From Candidatus Levybacteria bacterium RIFCSPHIGHO2_01_FULL_40_16 (GTDB taxonomy: Bacteria; Patescibacteriota; Microgenomatia; Levybacterales; UBA12049), in the NCBI GenBank assembly GCA_001783805.1, contig MFNS01000007.1, positions 89,975-153,974 on the forward strand: a stretch of 64,000 nt of DNA, written 5' to 3'. A program made the translations under genes and the position numbers. Positions within the stretch are counted from its first letter, which is position 1. Every line of letters begins with the position of its first letter. Shown here one piece after another: positions 38,103-47,847 of this stretch. Below the pieces are notes generated by a model. The model was not told the DNA's origin. It made no database searches and worked only from the letters and a program-made list of their open reading frames with translations.

Positions 38103-38173
38103 TAGGCCCAGGGGGAATCGAACCCGCATCAGGTGTGTATAAGACACCCGCTTTACCATTAAGCTATGGGCCT
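38103..38173 (-). tRNA. tRNA-Ile with anticodon UAU (reads AUA)
   Basis: Hand fold: acceptor AGGCCCA/UGGGCCU, D-arm GCUU-AAUGGUA-AAGC, anticodon stem GGUGU/ACACC with loop CUUAUAC, T-arm GCGGG-UUCGAUU-CCCCC (one C-C mismatch). Confidence 0.7.
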
Positions 38174-38217
38174 GTGAGTATTCAGATTTTAACAAACTTA
38201 GCCGTAATGAGCAAGGA

Positions 38218-40581
38218 CTAGAGGCGGGCGCGTTGGGCGATTGCGGCTTCGATCGTGGCTGCGTCTTTTCCAAATTTAAGTCTGGATAATTCTCTAACCA
38301 ATTCCGCTACCCTCGGATTGGCCAAGGCTTTTTCTTTTTCCAAATCCCGGGTTAAGTCCATAGAAAATGGCGTAACCGGCTCACCGCCAACAATGGTTTT
38401 GACATAAGTATTGTATCTTTCGACATTAATCAAATCTGCTTCTGCAAAAACAGGTTGGAATTCGTGTTGCAGGTAATTTGCATCATTTACTCCGACCCGG
38501 AAAGCCACCACAGTTCCAACATTGCCAAAAATAGCATTTTTGACTTCTTCCTCCATTTGTCCGATGAACTGATTGGCAACGATTAAATTCAGCTTGTATT
38601 TCCGGGCTTCCGACAAGATTTGCGCAAAATCAGGAGTGGCAAAATTTTGAAATTCGTCTACATACAGGAAAAAATCGCGCCTTAAATCTTTGGCCATATC
38701 TTGTCTGCTCATTGCCGCCACCAGGATTTTTGGAACAAGCACAAGACCCAAGAATTGTGAATTTTCTTCCCCGATTTTTCCTTTGGCTAAATTTATCAGA
38801 AGTATTTTCCCTTCATCCATGACTTTGCGAAAATTAAATGAGCTGTCTGACTGTCCGATAATATTCCTAATCATTTTATTGGTGACAAATCTGCCGAACT
38901 TGGAAACTATATAATCTAAAACTTCGGATTTATGGAAATCTGACGTTTGGGCAATTTGATCAGTCCAGTAACGGCGAATAATCGGGTCGGTAACTATCGG
39001 CAGGAGCTCTTGCACATAATTTGCGTCGGTCAAGACACGCACCACTTCGACAAAAGTTGCTCCTTGTTCGTACATAACTGTTAACATGGCATTACGGATC
39101 GCATGCTCAAACCGGGGTCCGATAATACCGGTTTTGTTGGGATCAAAAAGCTTGTACATTAGGCCGATAATCGAGGAAACAACATAATGTTTTTGTTCTT
39201 CGGTTTGGGCTTCCAACATATTTAATCCCATTGGCCTGCTGGTATCTGCCGGATCAAAAAGAATTACATCCTCGGCTCTTTTTGGCGGAATCATTGGTAA
39301 AATATCATCAATTAAATCTCCATGCGGATCTATTACCGCTAACCCCTGACCGCTACGAATATCCTGCATGATCATGTCCTTGAGAAATTCCGATTTTCCC
39401 GTACCGGTTTTACCAATAATATACATATGGCGTCTGCGGTCATCGATGTCCATATAAACCGGTTTGGCCAATCCCCGATAAGTGCTTTTACCCAAATATA
39501 GTCCCGAAGTTGGAATAGTTGCCGGAGCGGGAGCCCTTTTTGCATTCATCCAAAAGATATTTGGAGTTGTCACTGATTTATTCGGAAAATGATATAGAGT
39601 CGCCAGTTCTTCGCTGGTTAAGACCGATGATCCTCCCCACATCGGCAGATACCGATAAATGAAATCACTCATAAACATACCTTTTAGTCTGTGCTTAACT
39701 TTCTTGAATGAATTAATTCCTTCAAACTGGCTAAAGATGCTCATGATGTTGCCAAGATGCGTTTCCGCAGCTTCTTTGGATGTTGAAGAAACAACAATTC
39801 TGATTGTTGTTTCAAATCCGGGCTTACTGATTTTATTCTCAATTCCCTCTAATTCTTTGGCATCTGAAGAATATTTAGCTGTTTCCGGATTTGACTCCAG
39901 CTTTTTAGTTTTAGTCAGATAGCTTCTTCCATGCTTTTTCCAAGAACTACCGGCAGGAGTAATCAAAATCTGAATTGCCGCGCCCTCTCCCTCTGTCATT
40001 TTGGCCAAAACCGAAGTGATTGAAGATAAAGGATCGGTCGGCAGGTCTTTATAAACTTTTATTGGCTTATAATTTTCGGATTTAAGCCTCAAGGACGTAA
40101 AAGCCACCTTACCTTCTCTTGAGAAAATATTGTACTCATTTCCGATTACTATGCCCTCTCTTTTTATGTTATCTACGCTGACAATTTTTATCTCCGCATC
40201 CGGGTATGCTCCGTTAATTTGTTTCTCAACCAAATCTTGTAATTTTTTCGGCGTATGCACATAAAAACGAATATCCCCGGGCATTCCCACTATTTCAAAA
40301 GATAAATGCGGGGGCAATTTAAAAACTCCCCCTTTGCCAATCGCTGAAAGAGAAGAAAATAATTGTTCTGCGGTATCAATCTTGATTTCATTGTCCCGAG
40401 GAAGCGCAATTTGCAGCAAAACCGATTCCAGTGAAGTCTTTTCTCTTCCCTGATTTTTGTACCAAATGATTAATAATTTACTTAAATAATATAACCCAAC
40501 ACCTAGAATAATTAAGGCAAGAATAATCAGCACGAAATTCGTTAGATAAGCTATCGCATTGTCAATTGAAAAATTCTGCAT
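38218..40581 (-). CDS. Membrane-anchored VirD4/TraG/TrwB-like (FtsK-HerA superfamily) P-loop ATPase
   Basis: N-terminal TM. Walker A IIGKTGTGKSEF. Walker B FFLYVDEFQNF followed by NQ. About 787 aa. Confidence 0.55.
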   Translation of the reverse strand: MQNFSIDNAIAYLTNFVLIILALIILGVGLYYLSKLLIIWYKNQGREKTSLESVLLQIALPRDNEIKIDTAEQLFSSLSAIGKGGVFKLPPHLSFEIVGMPGDIRFYVHTPKKLQDLVEKQINGAYPDAEIKIVSVDNIKREGIVIGNEYNIFSREGKVAFTSLRLKSENYKPIKVYKDLPTDPLSSITSVLAKMTEGEGAAIQILITPAGSSWKKHGRSYLTKTKKLESNPETAKYSSDAKELEGIENKISKPGFETTIRIVVSSTSKEAAETHLGNIMSIFSQFEGINSFKKVKHRLKGMFMSDFIYRYLPMWGGSSVLTSEELATLYHFPNKSVTTPNIFWMNAKRAPAPATIPTSGLYLGKSTYRGLAKPVYMDIDDRRRHMYIIGKTGTGKSEFLKDMIMQDIRSGQGLAVIDPHGDLIDDILPMIPPKRAEDVILFDPADTSRPMGLNMLEAQTEEQKHYVVSSIIGLMYKLFDPNKTGIIGPRFEHAIRNAMLTVMYEQGATFVEVVRVLTDANYVQELLPIVTDPIIRRYWTDQIAQTSDFHKSEVLDYIVSKFGRFVTNKMIRNIIGQSDSSFNFRKVMDEGKILLINLAKGKIGEENSQFLGLVLVPKILVAAMSRQDMAKDLRRDFFLYVDEFQNFATPDFAQILSEARKYKLNLIVANQFIGQMEEEVKNAIFGNVGTVVAFRVGVNDANYLQHEFQPVFAEADLINVERYNTYVKTIVGGEPVTPFSMDLTRDLEKEKALANPRVAELVRELSRLKFGKDAATIEAAIAQRARL

Positions 40582-40584
40582 AAG

Positions 40585-41013
40585 TTAAAATCCCATTGCT
40601 TTGATTATTTTTTGTATCAATCCTGCCTGCCATTTTCCTGAATCGTCATCTTGACCGGTTTTAAGCTTATTCGTTATTTCTTCTTCTGACATTGGTAACT
40701 TAATCGGAGCTGATGGCTGAGTTAAAACAGTGATATTCGGTCCCGCATGCTCCATGCCTAATTCTTGGTGTTCAAGAGTTAAATTTGGTTTATCGGTTTT
40801 TACCTCAACACCTGATTCGGATACCTCCTGCGGAAGATTTGGACTAATCTCCGGACCGGCCGGCCTGACAAACTCGGATAAATTTGTTCCTATCGGGGTT
40901 TTCTCTTTATTCAAAGATCCCTGAGGCCCAGTTACGCCACCCGAAACAGGCGCAAAGACAGGTTTTTGATCTAAAACTTGTGTATCTGTATTCATATATT
41001 TATGATACCACAA
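40585..41013 (-). CDS. Hypothetical acidic Pro-rich protein, tightly linked upstream partner of the ATPase
   Basis: 4-nt gap to the downstream ATPase gene. No motifs. Confidence 0.4.
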   Translation of the reverse strand: MWYHKYMNTDTQVLDQKPVFAPVSGGVTGPQGSLNKEKTPIGTNLSEFVRPAGPEISPNLPQEVSESGVEVKTDKPNLTLEHQELGMEHAGPNITVLTQPSAPIKLPMSEEEITNKLKTGQDDDSGKWQAGLIQKIIKAMGF

Positions 41014-41036
41014 AATAAATGCTACTATAATAAGGT

Positions 41037-42569
41037 ATGCTGGCGAAAGTTAATTCTTCTGCGGTGGTTGGCTTGGATGCGGTTCCGGTTGAAGTTGAAA
41101 TAGATATTTCCTCACGAGGACTGCCCTCCTTTACAATTGTCGGTTTGCCGGATAAAGCAGTTGAGGAAGCAAGGGAACGTGTCAGATCGGCAATTCTTAA
41201 TTCCAATGCGACTTTTCCCGATCACCGTATCACTGTTAACCTTGCCCCGGCTGATCTACCTAAAGAAGGACCGTCCTATGATCTACCGATTGCTCTGGGA
41301 ATTTTGATCGCTTCAGGCCAAATCGAAGCGGATCTCGCGGACAGCATTTTTATGGGAGAGTTGTCTTTGGACGGCAGACTTAGGCATACCAATGGCGTTT
41401 TGCCGCAAGCGCTTCTGGCACAAAGCAAAAAATTAAAAAGGATTTTTTTGCCTAGCATTAATGCTAAAGAAGCGACAATCTTGAAGGGACTAAAGATTTA
41501 TCCACTGAATACTTTATCCGAACTATTTTTTCATTTAAAAAACCAGAGATTAATCAAGCCCTTAAAACATCTGAATTTAAAAGATCATTTTAATCAGGAA
41601 ACTTTTGAATTTGACATGAGCGAAGTCAAGGGGCAGGAGGGCGCCAAAAGAGCTTTGGAAATTGCTGCGGCCGGTAATCATAATATTTTGCTCAAAGGTC
41701 CGCCCGGCGCCGGCAAAACTCTTCTGGCCCGCACGCTTCCCTCAATTCTTCCCACTTTAACTTTACAGGAAGCTTTGGAAGTAACTAAAATTTACAGTAT
41801 TTCCGGATTGCTGAATAACAGAGCCCTAATTGTCACCCGCCCGTTTCGCTCTCCCCACCACACCACTTCTCATATTGGCTTAATTGGCGGCGGAACAAAT
41901 CCGCACCCCGGAGAAATTTCTCTAGCCCATCGCGGCGTTTTGTTCTTAGACGAATTTCCGGAATTTCCCCGCCATGTGCTGGAAACGTTAAGACAGCCGG
42001 TTGAGGACGGCATTGTGACTATTTCCAGATCTGCCGGACGGGTTAATTTTCCGGCAAAATTCATGCTGATTGCCGCACAAAACCCCTGTCCATGCGGATT
42101 TTTCGGCAATCCGACAAAGAATTGCAAATGCAGTCTTAATCAAATACTCCGCTACCAAAGACGCGTTTCCGGCCCAATGCTTGACCGGATTGACATTCAT
42201 TTGGATGTTCCGGCAGTAAAAGTGGAAAAATTGACTCAGCAAGGCAATTCCGAACCTGCTGAAGGATCTTTAACCATCAAAAAACGGGTACAGGCAGCCC
42301 GCGATATCCAAACTAAAAGATTTAGAAAATCCAAAATTACCTCCAACTCCGAAATGAACAATAAAGAAATCAAAGAATTTTGCGAATTGGATAAAAGCTG
42401 TATTAAGCTTTTGCAATTGGCAGTTGTCAGAATGAATTTATCCGCCCGCTCCTACAATCGGACGATAAAATTGGCCAGAACGATTGCGGATTTGGCAGGC
42501 TTAAAAAATATTAACTCAACTCATATCGCGGAAGCTCTTCAATTCCGGCCCCGTAATGATAATATATAA
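41037..42569 (+). CDS. comM: YifB/ComM family Mg-chelatase-like AAA+ ATPase
   Basis: Typical ComM N-terminus (VGLDAVPVEVEIDISSRGLPSFTIVGLPDKAVEEARERVRSAI) and AAA+ core GPPGAGKT. Confidence 0.9.
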   Translation: MLAKVNSSAVVGLDAVPVEVEIDISSRGLPSFTIVGLPDKAVEEARERVRSAILNSNATFPDHRITVNLAPADLPKEGPSYDLPIALGILIASGQIEADLADSIFMGELSLDGRLRHTNGVLPQALLAQSKKLKRIFLPSINAKEATILKGLKIYPLNTLSELFFHLKNQRLIKPLKHLNLKDHFNQETFEFDMSEVKGQEGAKRALEIAAAGNHNILLKGPPGAGKTLLARTLPSILPTLTLQEALEVTKIYSISGLLNNRALIVTRPFRSPHHTTSHIGLIGGGTNPHPGEISLAHRGVLFLDEFPEFPRHVLETLRQPVEDGIVTISRSAGRVNFPAKFMLIAAQNPCPCGFFGNPTKNCKCSLNQILRYQRRVSGPMLDRIDIHLDVPAVKVEKLTQQGNSEPAEGSLTIKKRVQAARDIQTKRFRKSKITSNSEMNNKEIKEFCELDKSCIKLLQLAVVRMNLSARSYNRTIKLARTIADLAGLKNINSTHIAEALQFRPRNDNI

Positions 42570-42571
42570 AT

Positions 42572-44935
42572 ATGGAAAAAGGATTAACCACTCTTGAGGT
42601 AGCGGAAAAACTAAAAAATTTTGGCAAAAATGAAATTACCACACAGGAAAGAATATCTGCTTTTTCTCTTTTTACCTCTCAGTTCCCGACTTTTATTAAC
42701 GGAATCTTGGTAATAGCCTCTATTCTCTCTTTCGTCATCGGAAACACGCTTGACGGAACACTTATTTTAATCATTCTGTTTCTTAACGCGCTCTTTGGCT
42801 TTGCGCAAGAATATCGGGCGGAGAAATCTTTGGACAAATTAAAAGCTTATGTAAAATCCGTAGTTCGCGTCATTAGGGATGGAAAAGTAATTCAAATCGA
42901 TGCGGCAGATTTGGTTCCGGGAGATATCGTGCGCCTGTCCGAAGGAGACAAGGTTCCGGCTGACGGAAAAATAATTTCTGATAAATTCTTGGAAGTTGAC
43001 GAGTCAATCTTAACCGGGGAATCTTTGTCTGTTATTAAAAATCGTAATGATACCGTTTACTCCGGAACCCTTGTCACTAAGGGTAATTCTCGCATACTGA
43101 TTGCAACCATCGGCAACCAAACCCGCTTTGGTCAAATTGCCCAAACTTTAGGTTCTGTTGTCCCGGATAAAACACCACTGCAAAAACGTCTGGATGGACT
43201 GGCAAAAATTTTATCAGTTATCATCCTTGTCATTGCAGCTATTATTGTCCCCGTTGGAATTCTTCAAGGCAAAGAATTTATACCTCTTCTTCTTATTGCT
43301 GTTAGCATTAGTATTGCCGCCATCCCCGAAGGACTGCCGGCCGTAGTCACGATTGCCTTAGCCATCGGAACTGCAAAAATGGCCAAACGGAAAGCAATTG
43401 TCAGGCGTATGCAATCTGTTGAGACTCTGGGAGCGGTCCAAATAATCATTACCGATAAAACCGGCACTTTAACTCAAAATACTATGCGAGTCAAAAAATT
43501 CTGGACATTTAAAAAAGAATATCTAACCGCGCTTATCCGAGCCTGCGTACTGGGAAATACCTCTTCCATAATTGAAAAAAAAGAAAATAATTCCTTTGAT
43601 GTAATCGGAGACAAAACAGACGGGGCTCTCCTTCTCTGGGCGAAAGAAGAAGCCGGAAGCCTGGAGAAAATAAAAGGTGAAGGGAAAATTCTTGAAGAAT
43701 ACTCATTTGATCCCCAAACCTCAACTGTCACCACTATCTGGCAAAACAAGGTCAAGCATATTTTTGTCAGGGGAGCTCCGGAAGTGGTTCTATCCAAAAG
43801 CAAGCTCTCTGAAAAAGAAAAAGAGGAAATCAATAAAGTTTATGAAGAATATGCCCGGGAAGGCTACCGGGTGATTGGATTCGGGACAAGAATTTCCCAT
43901 CATCAAGGAGATATTGAAAGAAAAGATGCGGAGAAAGACCTAACCTTTTTAGGGGTGATCGGAATCTACGACCCACCGCGATTGGAGGCAAAAAGGGCGA
44001 TTGAAGATGCTAGAAAAGCCGGAATTCAAACCATTATGGTAACCGGTGACAATATTCTTACTGCCGGAGCTTTGGCCCGGGAAATTGGACTGCTTGAAAA
44101 AGGAGATGATTTGGCAACGGGAGAAGAAATAGATAAATTATCCGATGAGGAGCTGGGAAAAATAGTTTTAAAAACCCGTGTTTTTGCCCGCACAAAACCT
44201 GAAGACAAATTAAGACTGGTCACGATCCTCAAGAAAATGGGTTACGTAGTTGGGGTAACAGGAGACGGAGTAAATGATGCGCTTGCCTTGAAACGCGCGG
44301 ATGTGGGACTAGCAATGGGAGAATGCGGAACAGATGTGGCAAAAGAAGCCAGCGACATTGTTCTGACAGATGACAACTTCTCAACGGTTGTTTCTGCAAT
44401 TGAAGAAGGTAGGACAATTTACAACAATATCTTAAAATCCATTACTTATCTTTTGACCGGCAATCTGTCCGAACTGTCTTTTGTTTTTTTCGCCAGCCTA
44501 ATCGGACTGCCGAATCCGTTTTTTCCAACCCAAATACTTTGGATCAATCTGGTCACGGATGGCATACCGGCTTTAGCCTTGGCTTCCGACAATAAAGACC
44601 ACACTGTGTTAAATAATAAACCGAGAAATCCCGCTGCGCCGATTTTAGGCAAAAGCCGTCTTTTATTCATCGGCATAATCGGCTTTTCTATTTCTCTATT
44701 TCTGCTGTTTGTTTTTAGAACTCTGCTTGAGAATGGTTCTTCGGAAACGCTTGCCCGGACCATAGTCTTTAATACTCTGATTATTTCCCACATGATTTTG
44801 GCTTTTATTGTCAGAGGAAAAACAATCTTTAGACTGAACAAATTCCTTATTTTAGGAGTGTTATTTACACTTATGCTTCAGGGGATTATCACTTTCAACC
44901 CTTTCTTCCAGCAAATCTTCAGGCTTGGGTTTTAA
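42572..44935 (+). CDS. Cation-transporting P-type ATPase (type II, Ca2+/Mg2+-like)
   Basis: DKTGTLT phosphorylation site, TGD, and GDGVNDA hinge. Confidence 0.9.
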   Translation: MEKGLTTLEVAEKLKNFGKNEITTQERISAFSLFTSQFPTFINGILVIASILSFVIGNTLDGTLILIILFLNALFGFAQEYRAEKSLDKLKAYVKSVVRVIRDGKVIQIDAADLVPGDIVRLSEGDKVPADGKIISDKFLEVDESILTGESLSVIKNRNDTVYSGTLVTKGNSRILIATIGNQTRFGQIAQTLGSVVPDKTPLQKRLDGLAKILSVIILVIAAIIVPVGILQGKEFIPLLLIAVSISIAAIPEGLPAVVTIALAIGTAKMAKRKAIVRRMQSVETLGAVQIIITDKTGTLTQNTMRVKKFWTFKKEYLTALIRACVLGNTSSIIEKKENNSFDVIGDKTDGALLLWAKEEAGSLEKIKGEGKILEEYSFDPQTSTVTTIWQNKVKHIFVRGAPEVVLSKSKLSEKEKEEINKVYEEYAREGYRVIGFGTRISHHQGDIERKDAEKDLTFLGVIGIYDPPRLEAKRAIEDARKAGIQTIMVTGDNILTAGALAREIGLLEKGDDLATGEEIDKLSDEELGKIVLKTRVFARTKPEDKLRLVTILKKMGYVVGVTGDGVNDALALKRADVGLAMGECGTDVAKEASDIVLTDDNFSTVVSAIEEGRTIYNNILKSITYLLTGNLSELSFVFFASLIGLPNPFFPTQILWINLVTDGIPALALASDNKDHTVLNNKPRNPAAPILGKSRLLFIGIIGFSISLFLLFVFRTLLENGSSETLARTIVFNTLIISHMILAFIVRGKTIFRLNKFLILGVLFTLMLQGIITFNPFFQQIFRLGF

Positions 44936-44941
44936 TTTAGA

Positions 44942-45976
44942 TTAATTTTTGTTGGTTTTTGTCTTCTTTAATTTTTTTCCCAAATGTGCGTAGGCGGATT
45001 TGGTGGCAACTCTCCCGGATTTGGTTCTTTTAATAAAGCCTAATTGCAACAGATATGGCTCAACTACTTCTTCTACTGTCCCTATATCCTCGGAAATCGA
45101 CGCGGCAATGGTTTCTATCCCAACCGGTCCTCCTCCATGCTTGTCAATAATATTTTTCAAATATCTTCTGTCAAGCGCATCCAGTCCGAACGGATCAACT
45201 CCCAACAAATCAAGCGCTGAAACAATATTTACCTTATCAATATCTCCGCCGGCTTTAACCTGAGCGTAATCTCTGGCTCTTTTTAATAGTTTAAGTGCGA
45301 TTCTCGGAGTTCCTCTGGCCCTTTTGGCAATCTCTTTAATACTTTCTTTATCGACTTTTACTTTTAATTTTTTGGCCGCATTGGCAATAATAATTTCCAG
45401 CTCGCTTGGGGCATAAAAATTAAGTCTGTGCACCAAGCCGAACCGATCTCTTAAGGGCGCCGACATGAGTCCGATTCTGGTGGTTGCGCCAATAATGGTA
45501 AATTGCGGCAGATCAAGTCTTAAACTTTTGGCTGAGGGTCCTTTGCCCAAGATAATATCCAAAGCATAATCCTCCATTGCCGGATACAAAGTTTCCTCAA
45601 CTACTTTATTGAGCCTGTGGATCTCGTCAATAAACAGGATATCGCCTTTTTCCAAATTAGTCAAAATGGAGGCCAAATCCCCTGCCCGCTCAACGGCCGG
45701 TCCGGAAGTCACCCGAATATTTGCCCCCATTTCTTTGGCAATTAGATGAGCCAGAGTTGTTTTACCCAGCCCCGGAGGGCCATAAAGCAAAACGTGTTCG
45801 ATGGCTTCTTTTCTTTTCTTCGAAGCACTGATGGTAATTTTTAAAGATTCTTTAATCGGAGTTTGCCCATGGAACTCATTCCACTGCTTAACCCTTAGAG
45901 AGGTAAATAACGCCTCCTCTTCAGGGTTTGCCTGTTCGCCAGAATTATTTTTTATTTTTGTTTTACTATCTTTCAT
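44942..45976 (-). CDS. ruvB: Holliday junction helicase RuvB
   Basis: [15 protein letters not shown] and the RuvB-specific sensor region. Downstream of ruvA. Confidence 0.95.
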   Translation of the reverse strand: MKDSKTKIKNNSGEQANPEEEALFTSLRVKQWNEFHGQTPIKESLKITISASKKRKEAIEHVLLYGPPGLGKTTLAHLIAKEMGANIRVTSGPAVERAGDLASILTNLEKGDILFIDEIHRLNKVVEETLYPAMEDYALDIILGKGPSAKSLRLDLPQFTIIGATTRIGLMSAPLRDRFGLVHRLNFYAPSELEIIIANAAKKLKVKVDKESIKEIAKRARGTPRIALKLLKRARDYAQVKAGGDIDKVNIVSALDLLGVDPFGLDALDRRYLKNIIDKHGGGPVGIETIAASISEDIGTVEEVVEPYLLQLGFIKRTKSGRVATKSAYAHLGKKLKKTKTNKN

Positions 45977-46057
45977 AAATTTGAATTATGAATTACGAAT
46001 CAAGAGTCATGGAAGGAAAGGAATCCAATCCTTAATTCATGATTCATGCTTCATGAT

Positions 46058-46633
46058 TCATCTCCCCAAGTACTTCAGTGCTAATCTAATTGTTTCCTCA
46101 ACTTTTTGCCCTTCTTTCTTAACACTCTTTATCGCGTCATGAATTTCTTTAGTAGTAAATCCAAAACCCTTCAAGGCAATTACCGCTTCTTCGTTGCCAG
46201 ACAGATCATCGCCACTTAAATCAAGATCTGCAACTGACCCAAATTTACTTTTCAATTCAATAATGATTTTCTGCGCATTTTTTTGCCCCAATCTTGGTAC
46301 TGCCTTAAAAAAAGAGGTATCTGCTTTAACAATTGCCGAGATAATTTGATCTTTATTGCCAATTGAAAAAATATTCATCGCGGTTTTAGGCCCTATGCCG
46401 GAAACCCCAATTAAATTTTCAAAAAGCTTTAAATCTTGAGCCTCCAAAAAGCCAAACAAAGAAATATTATCTTCGCGGACATGAGTATAAATAAATAATT
46501 CCAATGGGGATCCCTTATGGGCTTTTGCCAAAACATCGCTGGCGGCTAAAACTTTATACCCAACCCCTTTGACATCCAAAATAATTGAATTACTTTCTTT
46601 AAAAATTACCTCACCGTTTAAATGGCCTATCAT
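46058..46633 (-). CDS. ruvA: Holliday junction DNA-binding protein RuvA
   Basis: MIGHLNGEV start, HhH motifs GVSGIGPKTA. Confidence 0.9.
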   Translation of the reverse strand: MIGHLNGEVIFKESNSIILDVKGVGYKVLAASDVLAKAHKGSPLELFIYTHVREDNISLFGFLEAQDLKLFENLIGVSGIGPKTAMNIFSIGNKDQIISAIVKADTSFFKAVPRLGQKNAQKIIIELKSKFGSVADLDLSGDDLSGNEEAVIALKGFGFTTKEIHDAIKSVKKEGQKVEETIRLALKYLGR

Positions 46634-46701
46634 AATTTATCCTGAGCAACGTCGAAGGATTTCGTCTTGATTATAGCACACGGATTATCTAATATAGATA
46701 T

Positions 46702-47127
46702 ATGAATTTCGACCCGAAGAATTTTTCCAATTCTCCTTATGTTAAACGCGTAGAAAAACCTTGGGGCTATGAATTGCACTGGGTGCCGGAAGATAAACCT
46801 TACATGGGAAAACTTCTCCATATTAATGCCGAAGCACGGCTTTCTTTGCAATATCACGATCAGAAAACCGAAAGTTGGTTTATTGTCAAAGGACAGGGCA
46901 AAGTAATTTGGGACAACGATAAGGGAGAGCTTGTCGAAACAGAACTTAAGCCGGGAGTTGGTTACACTAGCCAAATCGGCCAACGGCACAGACTTTGCGG
47001 GATAACCGATTGCGATATTATTGAGGTCTCCACTCCTGAAATGGGCACGACCTGGAGGCTGGAAGATGATTATAAAAGACCTGATGAAACTCCGCAGCAG
47101 CGCAAAAAAGAACGCGGGGAAACCTGA
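46702..47127 (+). CDS. Cupin domain protein
   Basis: KPWGYE...H...E...V.G.G...PG...H cupin motifs. The overlapping antisense ORF is judged spurious. Confidence 0.65.
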   Translation: MNFDPKNFSNSPYVKRVEKPWGYELHWVPEDKPYMGKLLHINAEARLSLQYHDQKTESWFIVKGQGKVIWDNDKGELVETELKPGVGYTSQIGQRHRLCGITDCDIIEVSTPEMGTTWRLEDDYKRPDETPQQRKKERGET

Positions 47128-47172
47128 TTTATTTTTACCTCTTGACAAAGGCATACAAGATACATACAATAA

Positions 47173-47442
47173 TTGTATATGAATACTCAAACATTCAACA
47201 TTGCTCTTCCTAAAGAACTCGTTAAGAAAGTTGACGAACAGGCTAAGGAAGAATATAGAAATAGATCTGAACTTATTCGGGAAGCTCTTAGGGTTTATTT
47301 AAATAGACGGGAAGAGTGGAAACAGATTTTTAAAGCCGGTGAAAAAGCCATGAAAGCTATGGGAATCAAAAGCGAAGAAGAGGTTAATGAAATAGTGTAT
47401 AAATATAGACATGGCCGCAAATCTAATCAAAGTAATTCTTGA
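47173..47442 (+). CDS. Ribbon-helix-helix antitoxin (CopG/VapB-like)
   Basis: N-terminal RHH pattern (TFNIALPKELVKKVDEQA...RSELIREALRVYL). Overlaps the downstream PIN gene. Confidence 0.55.
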   Translation: MYMNTQTFNIALPKELVKKVDEQAKEEYRNRSELIREALRVYLNRREEWKQIFKAGEKAMKAMGIKSEEEVNEIVYKYRHGRKSNQSNS

Positions 47443-47818
47443 TACCAATATTCTAATTTCAGGCATAGGTTTTGGAGGCAAACCAAGAGAAATTCTAAAC
47501 CTTATTTTGGACGACAAAATTGAAACAATTACTTCACCCATACTTCTGGCAGAACTTGAAGACATCATTAACAAGAAGTTTCCGAAATTAGCATATAGCT
47601 TTGCTCTAATTAACAGACAGATTAAGGATAAATTCAAGATAGTCAACCCCAAAAAATCCTTATTAGTTGCCAGAGATGAAGATGACAACCGGGTTCTGGA
47701 AGCGGCTCTGGAAGGCGGATGCAGTTATATAATAACCGGCGATAAAGATCTGTTGGATCTAAAAACTTTCAAAAATATAAAAATCCTTACTCCCGATACC
47801 TTTTTGGATATATTCTGA
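47411..47818 (+). CDS. PIN-domain toxin (VapC-like)
   Basis: VILDTNILIS start with conserved acidic residues (D5, E..., D...). 32-nt overlap with the RHH gene. Confidence 0.65.
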   Translation: MAANLIKVILDTNILISGIGFGGKPREILNLILDDKIETITSPILLAELEDIINKKFPKLAYSFALINRQIKDKFKIVNPKKSLLVARDEDDNRVLEAALEGGCSYIITGDKDLLDLKTFKNIKILTPDTFLDIF

Positions 47819-47847
47819 AAGTGTAAAAAAAACGAGGTGAAAATTAG

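Noticed and set aside
46630-47190. 186-aa minus-strand ORF overlapping the cupin gene.
   Set aside because: Antisense to a well-supported cupin CDS (KPWGYE motifs). Low-complexity product, and it would also overlap ruvA.
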